Shown: positions 1-6,986, counted from the first letter of the stretch. The stretch: DNA of 10,872 nt from Candidatus Sumerlaeaceae bacterium (GCA_049968255.1 JBMFRB010000020.1:1-10872); one strand, 5' to 3'. Numbers and translations are program-made. The notes: generated by a model not told the origin, from the sequence alone.

Positions 1-1119
1 ATGGCCCACGCCTATACGCCGGGGCTTATGGTGCGTGAGCGCGCACTGATCCGCAAGCGGCGCATGTTGCCCATCCGTGGGCAAGTGCTTGTGCGTTCGG
101 GCGATCGCGTGCGGGCGCAGCAGATTGTGGCGCGTGCAGAGCTTCCTGGAAACGTGCAGCTAGTCAATGTGGCGCATCACCTTGGCATTGAGCCCAGCGA
201 CGTCCCGGCGAAACTGCAAGTTCGTGTGGGCGAGAAGGTGCGGCGTGGTCAGGTGATTGCGCAGAACATTGGACTTTTTGGGCTTTTTCGTTCGCAAGTG
301 AGTGCGTCGTGTGATGGTGAAGTCGAGGCTGTGTCGGCGGTCACGGGTCAGGTGATTCTACGTGAGCCCAACATCCCTCTTGAACTTTCTGCCTATCTGA
401 GCGGCGAAGTCGTCGACGTGCTCGGAGACGAGGGGGTCGAGATTGCGGCCGTCGGCACAATCGTACAAGGCATTCTGGGTGTGGGTGGCGAAAAATTCGG
501 CCGGCTGGCGATGGCAGTGAAATCGCCCTCAGAGGAATTGCGTCCTGAGAATATTCCCGCTGATGCTACGGGGTTGATCCTTGTGGGTGGGCAACGCGCT
601 TCGCTCGAGGCGTGTCGGTTGGCAGCCGAGCGCGGTGCGGTAGGCGTGGTGGTCGGCAGTTTCGATGATGCCGACCTCAGCCAAGTTCTCGGCTATGATC
701 TCGGCATAGCCATTACGGGTGGCGAAGAGATTCCGACGACACTCATTCTCACGGAAGGATTCGGGCGGCTGGCGATGGCGGAACGCACGTTCGCGTTGTT
801 GCAGAAGCTTGAAGGGCGTGAAGCTTCCATCAATGGCGCCACCCAAATTCGTGCTGGTGTGATTCGGCCGGAAATCATCGTTGCCACGGAGGAAACCGTG
901 GGAGATTTTTGCGAAGAAACAATCACGGAGACGCGTGCGGGCTCGTTGGTGCGAATTATCCGCGAGCCATACTTCGGGACCCTGGCCCGGATCAAAGCTC
1001 TGCCCGCCGAGCCGATGGTGATCGAGTCAGGAGCCACGGTGCGGGTGATGGTGGTAGAACTGCCGGACGGGCGCGAGCACATTTTGCCGCGAGCCAATGT
1101 GGAGCTAATCGAGTTATGA
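1..1119 (+). CDS. Conserved hypothetical soluble protein (372 aa, ORF1): two barrel-sandwich hybrid motifs, central alpha/beta domain, C-terminal KOW/SH3-like domain
   Basis: ATG at 1, TGA at 1117-1119 overlapping the next ATG. Hybrid-motif half-sites GQVLVRSGDRVRAQQIVA, LQVRVGEKVRRGQVIA, QVSASCDGEVEAV and ELSAYLSGEVVDV. KOW-like AGSLVRIIREPYFGTLARI near 937-995. No signal peptide or TM helix. Upstream RBS lies outside the window. Confidence 0.88.
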   Translation: MAHAYTPGLMVRERALIRKRRMLPIRGQVLVRSGDRVRAQQIVARAELPGNVQLVNVAHHLGIEPSDVPAKLQVRVGEKVRRGQVIAQNIGLFGLFRSQVSASCDGEVEAVSAVTGQVILREPNIPLELSAYLSGEVVDVLGDEGVEIAAVGTIVQGILGVGGEKFGRLAMAVKSPSEELRPENIPADATGLILVGGQRASLEACRLAAERGAVGVVVGSFDDADLSQVLGYDLGIAITGGEEIPTTLILTEGFGRLAMAERTFALLQKLEGREASINGATQIRAGVIRPEIIVATEETVGDFCEETITETRAGSLVRIIREPYFGTLARIKALPAEPMVIESGATVRVMVVELPDGREHILPRANVELIEL

Positions 1120-2057
1120 GCACGAGGCGTTTCACCCAGACCGCACACAGATGTTGCCAGCGTGCACCGCGATGGCTGTGGGTCCTTGGGGCTGCGATGA
1201 GTCTGTGGCCCCATCAGGCCACAGCAGCGTCTGCGGCGCGAGTTCTTCCGAGAGAATGGAACTACGTTGATGTTGAGAAATTGCCCGTCTTTGTCGCTCT
1301 CGTGCTCTTCGGGGGGTTTTATTTTTACCTTTACCGCCAAATCCAAGCAGGACGGCCAATGCGGCTGCGGCGCTTGCCGGGGATTGATGCCATCGAGGAG
1401 GCGATTGCGCGGGCCACGGAGATGGGGCGGCCCGTGCTCTTTATTCCGGGAATCAACGATATCGACGACATCCAGACGCTGGCCGGCCTCAACATTCTTT
1501 CGCATGTGGCTTACATTGCGGCAGAGTACAACACGCCTCTGATTGTGGCGTGCCGCCGGTCGGTTGTGCTCACTATTTCCGAGGAAGTTGTGAAAGCGGC
1601 GTCGCTTGCAGCGGGGCGGCCAGAAAATTATATCCCGAACAACATGCGTTATCTTTCGGACGATCAATTCGCGTTCACGGCTGGAGTGAATGGCATCATG
1701 CTCCGCGAGCAACCGGCCTCGTGCATCTACCAGGGGTGCTTTTACAGCGAGTCGCTCATTCTGGCGGAGACAGGCTATGTGAGCGGGGCCATCCAGGTGG
1801 CAGGAACGGCAAATGTGGCTCAGTTGCCTTTCTTTGTGGCGGCGTGCGATTTCACGCTTATCGGCGAGGAGTTTTTTGCCGCCTCGGCTTATCTCTCCCG
1901 CGACCCAACTGTGGTGGCGAGCATCGAGGCAGCCGATTGGCTGAAGATGGTTTATCTGGTTGTGATTTTTGCGGGCGTGGTGTTGGCCACGGCCCTGGCG
2001 TTTTTGCCGCACAGCGAGCTGGCCACACTTTTGGGACTTCTCAAGGAGCTCTTCTAG
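1116..2057 (+). CDS. DUF6754-like membrane protein (313 aa, ORF2): probable signal peptide, TM helix, alpha/beta domain, C-terminal TM helix
   Basis: Same frame as track ORF 909..2057. Start reassigned to the ATG at 1116 (ATGA overlap with the ORF1 stop, GGAG at 1101-1104). Motifs RRLPGIDAIEEAIARATEMGRPVLF, ESLILAETG and QLPFFVAACDFTLIGEEFFAASAYLS match DUF6754 as I recall it (not searched). Confidence 0.85.
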   Translation: MSTRRFTQTAHRCCQRAPRWLWVLGAAMSLWPHQATAASAARVLPREWNYVDVEKLPVFVALVLFGGFYFYLYRQIQAGRPMRLRRLPGIDAIEEAIARATEMGRPVLFIPGINDIDDIQTLAGLNILSHVAYIAAEYNTPLIVACRRSVVLTISEEVVKAASLAAGRPENYIPNNMRYLSDDQFAFTAGVNGIMLREQPASCIYQGCFYSESLILAETGYVSGAIQVAGTANVAQLPFFVAACDFTLIGEEFFAASAYLSRDPTVVASIEAADWLKMVYLVVIFAGVVLATALAFLPHSELATLLGLLKELF

Positions 2058-2060
2058 GCG

Positions 2061-2726
2061 ATGCGCAATAAGATACCCGTCTTCATTAGCGCTTTCGTCG
2101 GGATCTTCATGATCCTGAAGTATTTCAGCACGTATCCGGCCATCAAGCGCGTGGCCGATGAGCTCGAGCAGTGGGGGGTGATCACCCTGTCGTTTTCCAT
2201 CGTGCTCGGCGTGCTGAATCTTATCAAGATCAATCTCAAGGCGGTGTTGGAGCGCAAAAAGGATTGGGAATACAAGCTGCTGCTTCTCGTGAGCATGTTT
2301 ACGATGATGGTGGCGGGTGGCGTGAAGTGGTACCTCGAGGAAGTGCGCGGCCGGCAGATCAATCAGGGGCTTCCGCTGGCGGTGCACGACAGCCTTTTCG
2401 ATTTTCTCTTCGATCACGTTTACTTCCCACTCTCAGCCACGATCTTCGCCTTATTGGCTTTCTACGTGGCTAGCGCAGCCTTCCGCGCATTTCGCGTAAA
2501 AAATCTGCATGCCACGCTCCTGCTCATTGCGGCCGTGATTGTGATGATCGGGCGTGTGCCCGTAGGTGGGGCGATCTGGAAAGGCTTTCCGTGGCTGCAA
2601 GAATGGATTATGACGTGGCCGAACACGGCGGGGCAGCGGGCCATCCAGATTGGGGCGGCCATCGGGATGATTGCCACGGGGCTACGGGTGATCCTCGGCA
2701 TAGAAAAACCGTACTTGAAGGGATGA
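2061..2726 (+). CDS. Uncharacterised integral membrane protein (221 aa, ORF3), about 6 TM helices
   Basis: AAGGAG at 2043-2048; ATG follows the previous stop after a 3-nt gap. Six hydrophobic stretches, with basic loops KINLKAVLERKK and RAFRVK. Confidence 0.88.
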   Translation: MRNKIPVFISAFVGIFMILKYFSTYPAIKRVADELEQWGVITLSFSIVLGVLNLIKINLKAVLERKKDWEYKLLLLVSMFTMMVAGGVKWYLEEVRGRQINQGLPLAVHDSLFDFLFDHVYFPLSATIFALLAFYVASAAFRAFRVKNLHATLLLIAAVIVMIGRVPVGGAIWKGFPWLQEWIMTWPNTAGQRAIQIGAAIGMIATGLRVILGIEKPYLKG

Positions 2727-2736
2727 TGCCAAGCTG

Positions 2737-3627
2737 ATGGCGGGGCGCAACGACAACGCGAGTGTTTGGGAGCGCTGGCTGGCTGCCTTTGTCAGTCTCG
2801 ATCGGCGCTGGATTTTTCTCATCGTTGCAGCTGTGGTGGTGCTTTTCCTCGTTGTGCCGGTCTCGATGCCTGTGACGGTGTCCGAGCAGGTGCGGGCGAT
2901 GTTCGAAACAATTGAACGGCTGCCAGCGGGAGCACGCGTTCATCTGTCGATTGATTACGGACCTGGCAGCGAAGCGGAGTTGTGGCCGCAGCACATCGCC
3001 ATTTTGCGGCAGTTGTTGGAAAAAGACTGCAAAGTGATTTGCTCGAGCCTGTGGACGGATGGCCCGCCGATGATCGAAAAAGCGTTCGCGGTGGTGGTCG
3101 GGCAGCTTGAAAAAGAGGGCAAAAAGAAAGTGCGAGGCGTGGACTACGTGAACCTTGGCTTCAAAGCCGGCGACCGCGTGGCCATCACGAAAATTGGATC
3201 CTCTTTCAAGGAGACTTTTCCTACCGACTATCAGGGCAACCCAACCGCCTCCCTGCCTATCATGCAGGGATGGGACACTTACCGCGACATTGATTTGCTC
3301 ATCACGATTGCTGTCGGCGATCCCGGCGCCGTGGAATACATTCAGCAGGCGCAGAGCCGCTACAACATCCCCATGGTGGCTGGCGTGACCGCTGTGATTT
3401 CACCGCAGCTTTATCCCTACTATCAGTCGCGGAATCTGCGCGGTTTTCTCGGCGGGCTCGCGGGTGCAGCGGAGTATGAGAAACTCGTGGGGCGGCCGGG
3501 CTACGCTACGCGCGGCATGTTCATTCAGAGTGCCGTGCACCTGCTGATTGTCGGACTTGTGCTAGCGGGCAATGTCGCCCAGTTCATCCTGTGGACCATG
3601 CGACGCAAAAGAGGAGGACGTGCATGA
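2737..3627 (+). CDS. Uncharacterised membrane-anchored protein (296 aa, ORF4): N-terminal TM, probable extracytoplasmic alpha/beta domain, C-terminal TM
   Basis: GAAGGGA at 2717-2723, ATG at 2737. DRRWIFLIVAAVVVLFLVVP N-terminal anchor; motifs DYGP, GVDYVNLGF, LYPYYQS, GGLAGAAEYE; C-terminal TM followed by RRKRGGRA. Confidence 0.88.
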   Translation: MAGRNDNASVWERWLAAFVSLDRRWIFLIVAAVVVLFLVVPVSMPVTVSEQVRAMFETIERLPAGARVHLSIDYGPGSEAELWPQHIAILRQLLEKDCKVICSSLWTDGPPMIEKAFAVVVGQLEKEGKKKVRGVDYVNLGFKAGDRVAITKIGSSFKETFPTDYQGNPTASLPIMQGWDTYRDIDLLITIAVGDPGAVEYIQQAQSRYNIPMVAGVTAVISPQLYPYYQSRNLRGFLGGLAGAAEYEKLVGRPGYATRGMFIQSAVHLLIVGLVLAGNVAQFILWTMRRKRGGRA

Positions 3628-4445
3628 CGGGAACCTATACTCCCTTCGTTGAAATGCTCGGCGTGTGGCTTGTGTGCTTCTTTACGCTGGCAGTGTTCAG
3701 CTTTCTCTATCGCGACAATCCGCTCTACAAGGCCGTAGAACACATCTACGTAGGCGTGGCCGCTGGTTATTATTTTTATCAGGCATTTCGAGGCACGATT
3801 TACCCGAATTTTGTCCTGCATGTGCTTCGCGGGGCGCGCGCGATTGTGCACGGGCAAGCAGAGGGCTGGACGGCGCACGAAGGTTGGTTGGCGCAGTGGC
3901 GCTGGGGCGCGGCACTTCTCGGGATAATTTTGTTGTCCCGCCTGGTGCCGCGTTTCGCGTGGCTGAGCCGCTGGCCCATGGCGCTGGTTGTGGGGGCATT
4001 CGCAGGACTCAATCTCACTGGCTTCGCCAAAGCAAATTTCATAGATCAGATTGCGGGAACGATGCTGCCGCTGGCCAGCGGTGGGCTTGCGCAGTCCCTT
4101 CCGTTCTGGCCGGACGCCACCGCAGCGGCACCGAGTATCCTCAACAATGCCGTGCTGGTGACCGGTGTGGTGACGGTGCTAACATATTTCTTCTTTTCGA
4201 CACGACGGACAGGTGTGCTCGGCGCAATGGGTACCGTCGGCATTTGGTTCGTTATGGTGACATTTGGCGCCACGTACGGAAGCATCGTTCTGGCGCGCAT
4301 TTCGCTCCTTATCGGGCGTGCCACGACATTGCTTGATGCAAATCTCCCTAAATACGGCTATCCAGCTTCTTGGTGCACACTTCTCGTGCTGGCGGCGATC
4401 GTGGTCTGGCGTATCAGGTTTAGCAAGGACGAGCAGCAGCGCTGA
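3624..4445 (+). CDS. Uncharacterised integral membrane protein (273 aa, ORF5), about 7 TM helices
   Basis: Same frame as track ORF 3591..4445. Start reassigned to the ATG at 3624 (GAGGAGG at 3611-3617, ATGA overlap with the ORF4 stop). Hydrophobic throughout; FSFLYRDNPLYKAVEHIYVG motif; three GxxxG helices. Confidence 0.88.
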   Translation: MTGTYTPFVEMLGVWLVCFFTLAVFSFLYRDNPLYKAVEHIYVGVAAGYYFYQAFRGTIYPNFVLHVLRGARAIVHGQAEGWTAHEGWLAQWRWGAALLGIILLSRLVPRFAWLSRWPMALVVGAFAGLNLTGFAKANFIDQIAGTMLPLASGGLAQSLPFWPDATAAAPSILNNAVLVTGVVTVLTYFFFSTRRTGVLGAMGTVGIWFVMVTFGATYGSIVLARISLLIGRATTLLDANLPKYGYPASWCTLLVLAAIVVWRIRFSKDEQQR

Positions 4446-4466
4446 GGTGAGTTTGAGAATGAGACA

Positions 4467-5291
4467 GTGCTGCGCAAAGCGGCAAGCGGGGGCAGGGAGA
4501 ACGTGAGGTCAACAGATGCGATCGTTGCGGCCACCGTTGTTGGCGTGAGCGTGTTTGTTGCGCCTTCACATGGGCTGCCGAGCGAAGAGACAAGCGGGCT
4601 TCGCGAGCTGGCATCGCCGGCTCACTTGTGGCTCGAGGGTAAAGTGTGGAGTATCGCCGAGGGAGCCACCACTCCCCCAAAGCGCATTCTGTTGGCTGCG
4701 GCTGATCCCTACTTCGTGGATGCCGAGGAGCTAGAACCAGCAGCGAACGAACGCGAGACCTCGCTCTACCATGTGCGTCTGGAGGGATTGCGAGGCACGT
4801 TTCGAGTGAGCCGGCGGGGTGACGGCGCAGACGACTTACAGTGGGCTCGTGTGGAGCAAGCCAAAAAATACGATCTGTGGACTCCACAAGTCCGCCATTT
4901 TGTTGATCCGCGCTTGAATAGTCTCGAAGCGCTCGGAGCGCACTCTGCTCGCTTTGAGCGCAGCACCACAACAACCGTGGCCACTTATTCGCTCTCCACA
5001 GGACGACGTGTCTTCATCTTCGATCAGGATGGTCGTTTGTGCGAGAAGCGGGCGTGTGGCCCGCGCAAAAATGGCAGCGTGCTCGAGGGAATTCTTTGGT
5101 TGAAAAACTATGCACAACACCCTCTGTTTCCGCGTCGCTTTGAGCACTTGCGGCGCGACACGGCCACGTCCTCCAGCGAGCTCACCACGTGGCAGTTCGA
5201 ACGCGTGGAAATGGTGACCAACTCGCTGACTTTGTGGCAAGCGCTGCCTGCCGAGCTGCGCAAACGGACTGCCCCACGGACGTTACCCTAG
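4467..5291 (+). CDS. Hypothetical protein (274 aa, ORF6), probably exported and beta-rich
   Basis: Longest ORF filling the gap between the operon and the convergent DUF2851 gene. Hydrophobic N-terminal segment AIVAATVVGVSVFVAPSHG. Start uncertain: GTG 4467 or in-frame GTG 4503. No family recognised with confidence. Confidence 0.65.
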   Translation: MLRKAASGGRENVRSTDAIVAATVVGVSVFVAPSHGLPSEETSGLRELASPAHLWLEGKVWSIAEGATTPPKRILLAAADPYFVDAEELEPAANERETSLYHVRLEGLRGTFRVSRRGDGADDLQWARVEQAKKYDLWTPQVRHFVDPRLNSLEALGAHSARFERSTTTTVATYSLSTGRRVFIFDQDGRLCEKRACGPRKNGSVLEGILWLKNYAQHPLFPRRFEHLRRDTATSSSELTTWQFERVEMVTNSLTLWQALPAELRKRTAPRTLP

Positions 5292-5301
5292 CTTACCGTT
5301 G

Positions 5302-5339
5302 TGCTCGGAATAACAGATAGACTTGTTATCTTATGAGCA
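5302..5339. terminator. Imperfect inverted repeat between convergent genes, possible bidirectional terminator
   Basis: TGCTC (5302-5306) ... ATAACA (5310-5315) - 8 nt - TGTTAT (5324-5329) ... GAGCA (5335-5339), inside the 54-nt gap between the two stop codons. AT-rich stem and no clear U-tract. Confidence 0.3.
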
Positions 5340-5345
5340 ATCGAA

Positions 5346-6908
5346 TTAAGTTTGATTGCTCACTGGTTCGCGGAGCAATCCGCAGCGCGAGCAGTCGTGC
5401 ATGTCGCCCTGGCAGCAATCGTAGAAAAGATGCATGAGCGCTTGCTGAGTACGTTCATGGCGCAGGTCCACAGCCCCGGCGGGCAGTCCCTTGAGAATGC
5501 GCTTGTGCATGAATCGGCTGATGGCATTCGGCTCGAGCGCGGGAAAGAGATCATGGATGCGCCACAGATGGGCTTCGGCGGAGGCGTCGCCTCGCATACG
5601 TGCGTCAGAGAGGAGAAAGGGGAGAGCAGCGTTGAATGCAAGGTGACGTGCTGTGTCGGCGCCAATGAGTTTCGTCGCATGCTTCGTGGGCTTGCCACCT
5701 AACGTAAAGCGATGGTGCCAATAGCTCGCTCCGTCGGGTGCAAAGGTTGCAGTGAGAGCGGCAATTTCGCGGCGCCAGTCACGCTGAGACTTCGGGGTGC
5801 GAGCGACACTTTGGGCAAGAAGATAGCGCAAACCGTCGACGAGGCTGTCGTGAAACTTCAGTTCACAAAGAATCCGAACGAATCCGGCAATTCGCCGTTG
5901 CGGGAAGCTTGCTGGGCGAATGCCCGCGAACCAGCGCGGCGTGGGGCCCATGGTGCGGTCATGCACATAGCCGCCAAGCTGGCTCCAATGCCGCGAAAGG
6001 GTTTCGATGTATTGGCGGGTGCCAAGATCGAGAGGTGGGCCGGTGCACATGGCGGCCTCCGCGGGAAGAGTGACGAGGCCGGCCACATGAAGCAGGATCG
6101 ATTCTAGGGCCAGTGCGAGTTCATTGGATGGCACGCTCAGTGTGATATCGCGCAACTCCTCAATGGGGACACGCCGCGCCAAGAGATAGTAGAGCGTGCG
6201 ATTAGATTTGTGCCCCAGGGCCGTGAGAAGCGTTTGATAAAGCACTTGATCAGGGGCGTCGTGGCGTGCCCAGTTGGCCACGCGTTGCATCTTTTGCTCC
6301 ATGCGTTGGCGAGCAGCGGCGTCGAAAAACCTACGCACGAACCCGACATCGAGCCGCAAAAGCACTTGCTGGCATGCGCCGCCGCGAGCGCTCACGGGTT
6401 CCTCTAGTTCCTCGAGCTCGATAGCTTGCTCGAGACTCGACATATCTCCGGCGAGCTGATCCGCTAGGCACACGCGTTCAATTTGGCGACCGCTGTGGAG
6501 GACGTCGTGGGTGGCGCAGTCATCGTGATCGAGGAACGCGTGCAGCACGACGCGATTGTATTCAAAATCGCGTCCGTGCTGGTGGCGTTGCCAATCCGAA
6601 GCTTTTACATGAATTTCCACATCGCCCACGACGTCTCGGCCTTCGATGCGCATGCGCGCATCGCGAAAATCTGGCCCCGCCTCGTGGTTCCAGCGGCCAG
6701 GGTCAAGGATCTCAATTCGCTTGCCCGAGGCTGAGACAAGCTCCTGGCTTCGCAGCAAGCGATGGTGCCACACGGCTTGCAGAAATTTTTCGTCACGTCG
6801 GGGCGGGGTAGGTTCACGCGCCAGATCGGGGCCAATGCCTTTGCGGAAGTCATGAGACAGCTCGCAGGCAAAGCGCAGGCGAAGTTGCTCGTAAGTTGGG
6901 CACATCAC
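5346..6908 (-). CDS. DUF2851 family protein (520 aa)
   Basis: Signature motifs EKFLQAVW, PGRWNHEAGPDFRDA, GDVEIHVKASDWQRHQHGRDFEYNRVVLH, RPASFPQRRIA, YWHHRF and a C-terminal Cys cluster CCQGDMHDCSRC. GGAAAGG lies about 8 nt upstream of GTG-ATG (start 6908 or 6905). Confidence 0.9.
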   Translation of the reverse strand: MMCPTYEQLRLRFACELSHDFRKGIGPDLAREPTPPRRDEKFLQAVWHHRLLRSQELVSASGKRIEILDPGRWNHEAGPDFRDARMRIEGRDVVGDVEIHVKASDWQRHQHGRDFEYNRVVLHAFLDHDDCATHDVLHSGRQIERVCLADQLAGDMSSLEQAIELEELEEPVSARGGACQQVLLRLDVGFVRRFFDAAARQRMEQKMQRVANWARHDAPDQVLYQTLLTALGHKSNRTLYYLLARRVPIEELRDITLSVPSNELALALESILLHVAGLVTLPAEAAMCTGPPLDLGTRQYIETLSRHWSQLGGYVHDRTMGPTPRWFAGIRPASFPQRRIAGFVRILCELKFHDSLVDGLRYLLAQSVARTPKSQRDWRREIAALTATFAPDGASYWHHRFTLGGKPTKHATKLIGADTARHLAFNAALPFLLSDARMRGDASAEAHLWRIHDLFPALEPNAISRFMHKRILKGLPAGAVDLRHERTQQALMHLFYDCCQGDMHDCSRCGLLREPVSNQT

Positions 6909-6986
6909 AGTTGGGGCCTTTCCAATGCGCCGCTATCGTGGACCCGTAGTGCATTGCGTCGCAAACGCAAAAACAATGTCGCGCCT

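Noticed and set aside
909-1115. N-terminal extension of ORF2 in the ORF track
   Set aside because: It would overlap ORF1 by about 210 nt. The ATG at 1116 has an RBS, an ATGA overlap and a signal-peptide-like start.
1116-1136. Possible Tat motif STRRFT in ORF2
   Set aside because: It does not fit S/T-R-R-x-F-L-K, lies far from the hydrophobic core, and there is no folded ectodomain to export.
693-2417. 574-aa minus-strand ORF
   Set aside because: Antisense shadow of three well-supported, coupled plus-strand genes. It has no recognisable motif, and long shadow ORFs are common at high GC.
3591-3623. Upstream GTG start for ORF5
   Set aside because: The ATG at 3624 has GAGGAGG at ideal spacing and an ATGA overlap.
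1-4445. Calling the operon Rnf/Nqr, ABC or ECF transporter
   Set aside because: No ferredoxin-type Cys motifs, no FMN-attachment SGAT in a suitable membrane subunit, no Cys in ORF3, and no Walker motifs. The similarity is architectural only.
5314-5341. Possible dif site (minus strand ATTGCTCATAA resembles a XerC arm)
   Set aside because: After a 6-nt spacer the sequence is AAGTCTATCTG, not the conserved XerD arm TTATGTTAAAT.
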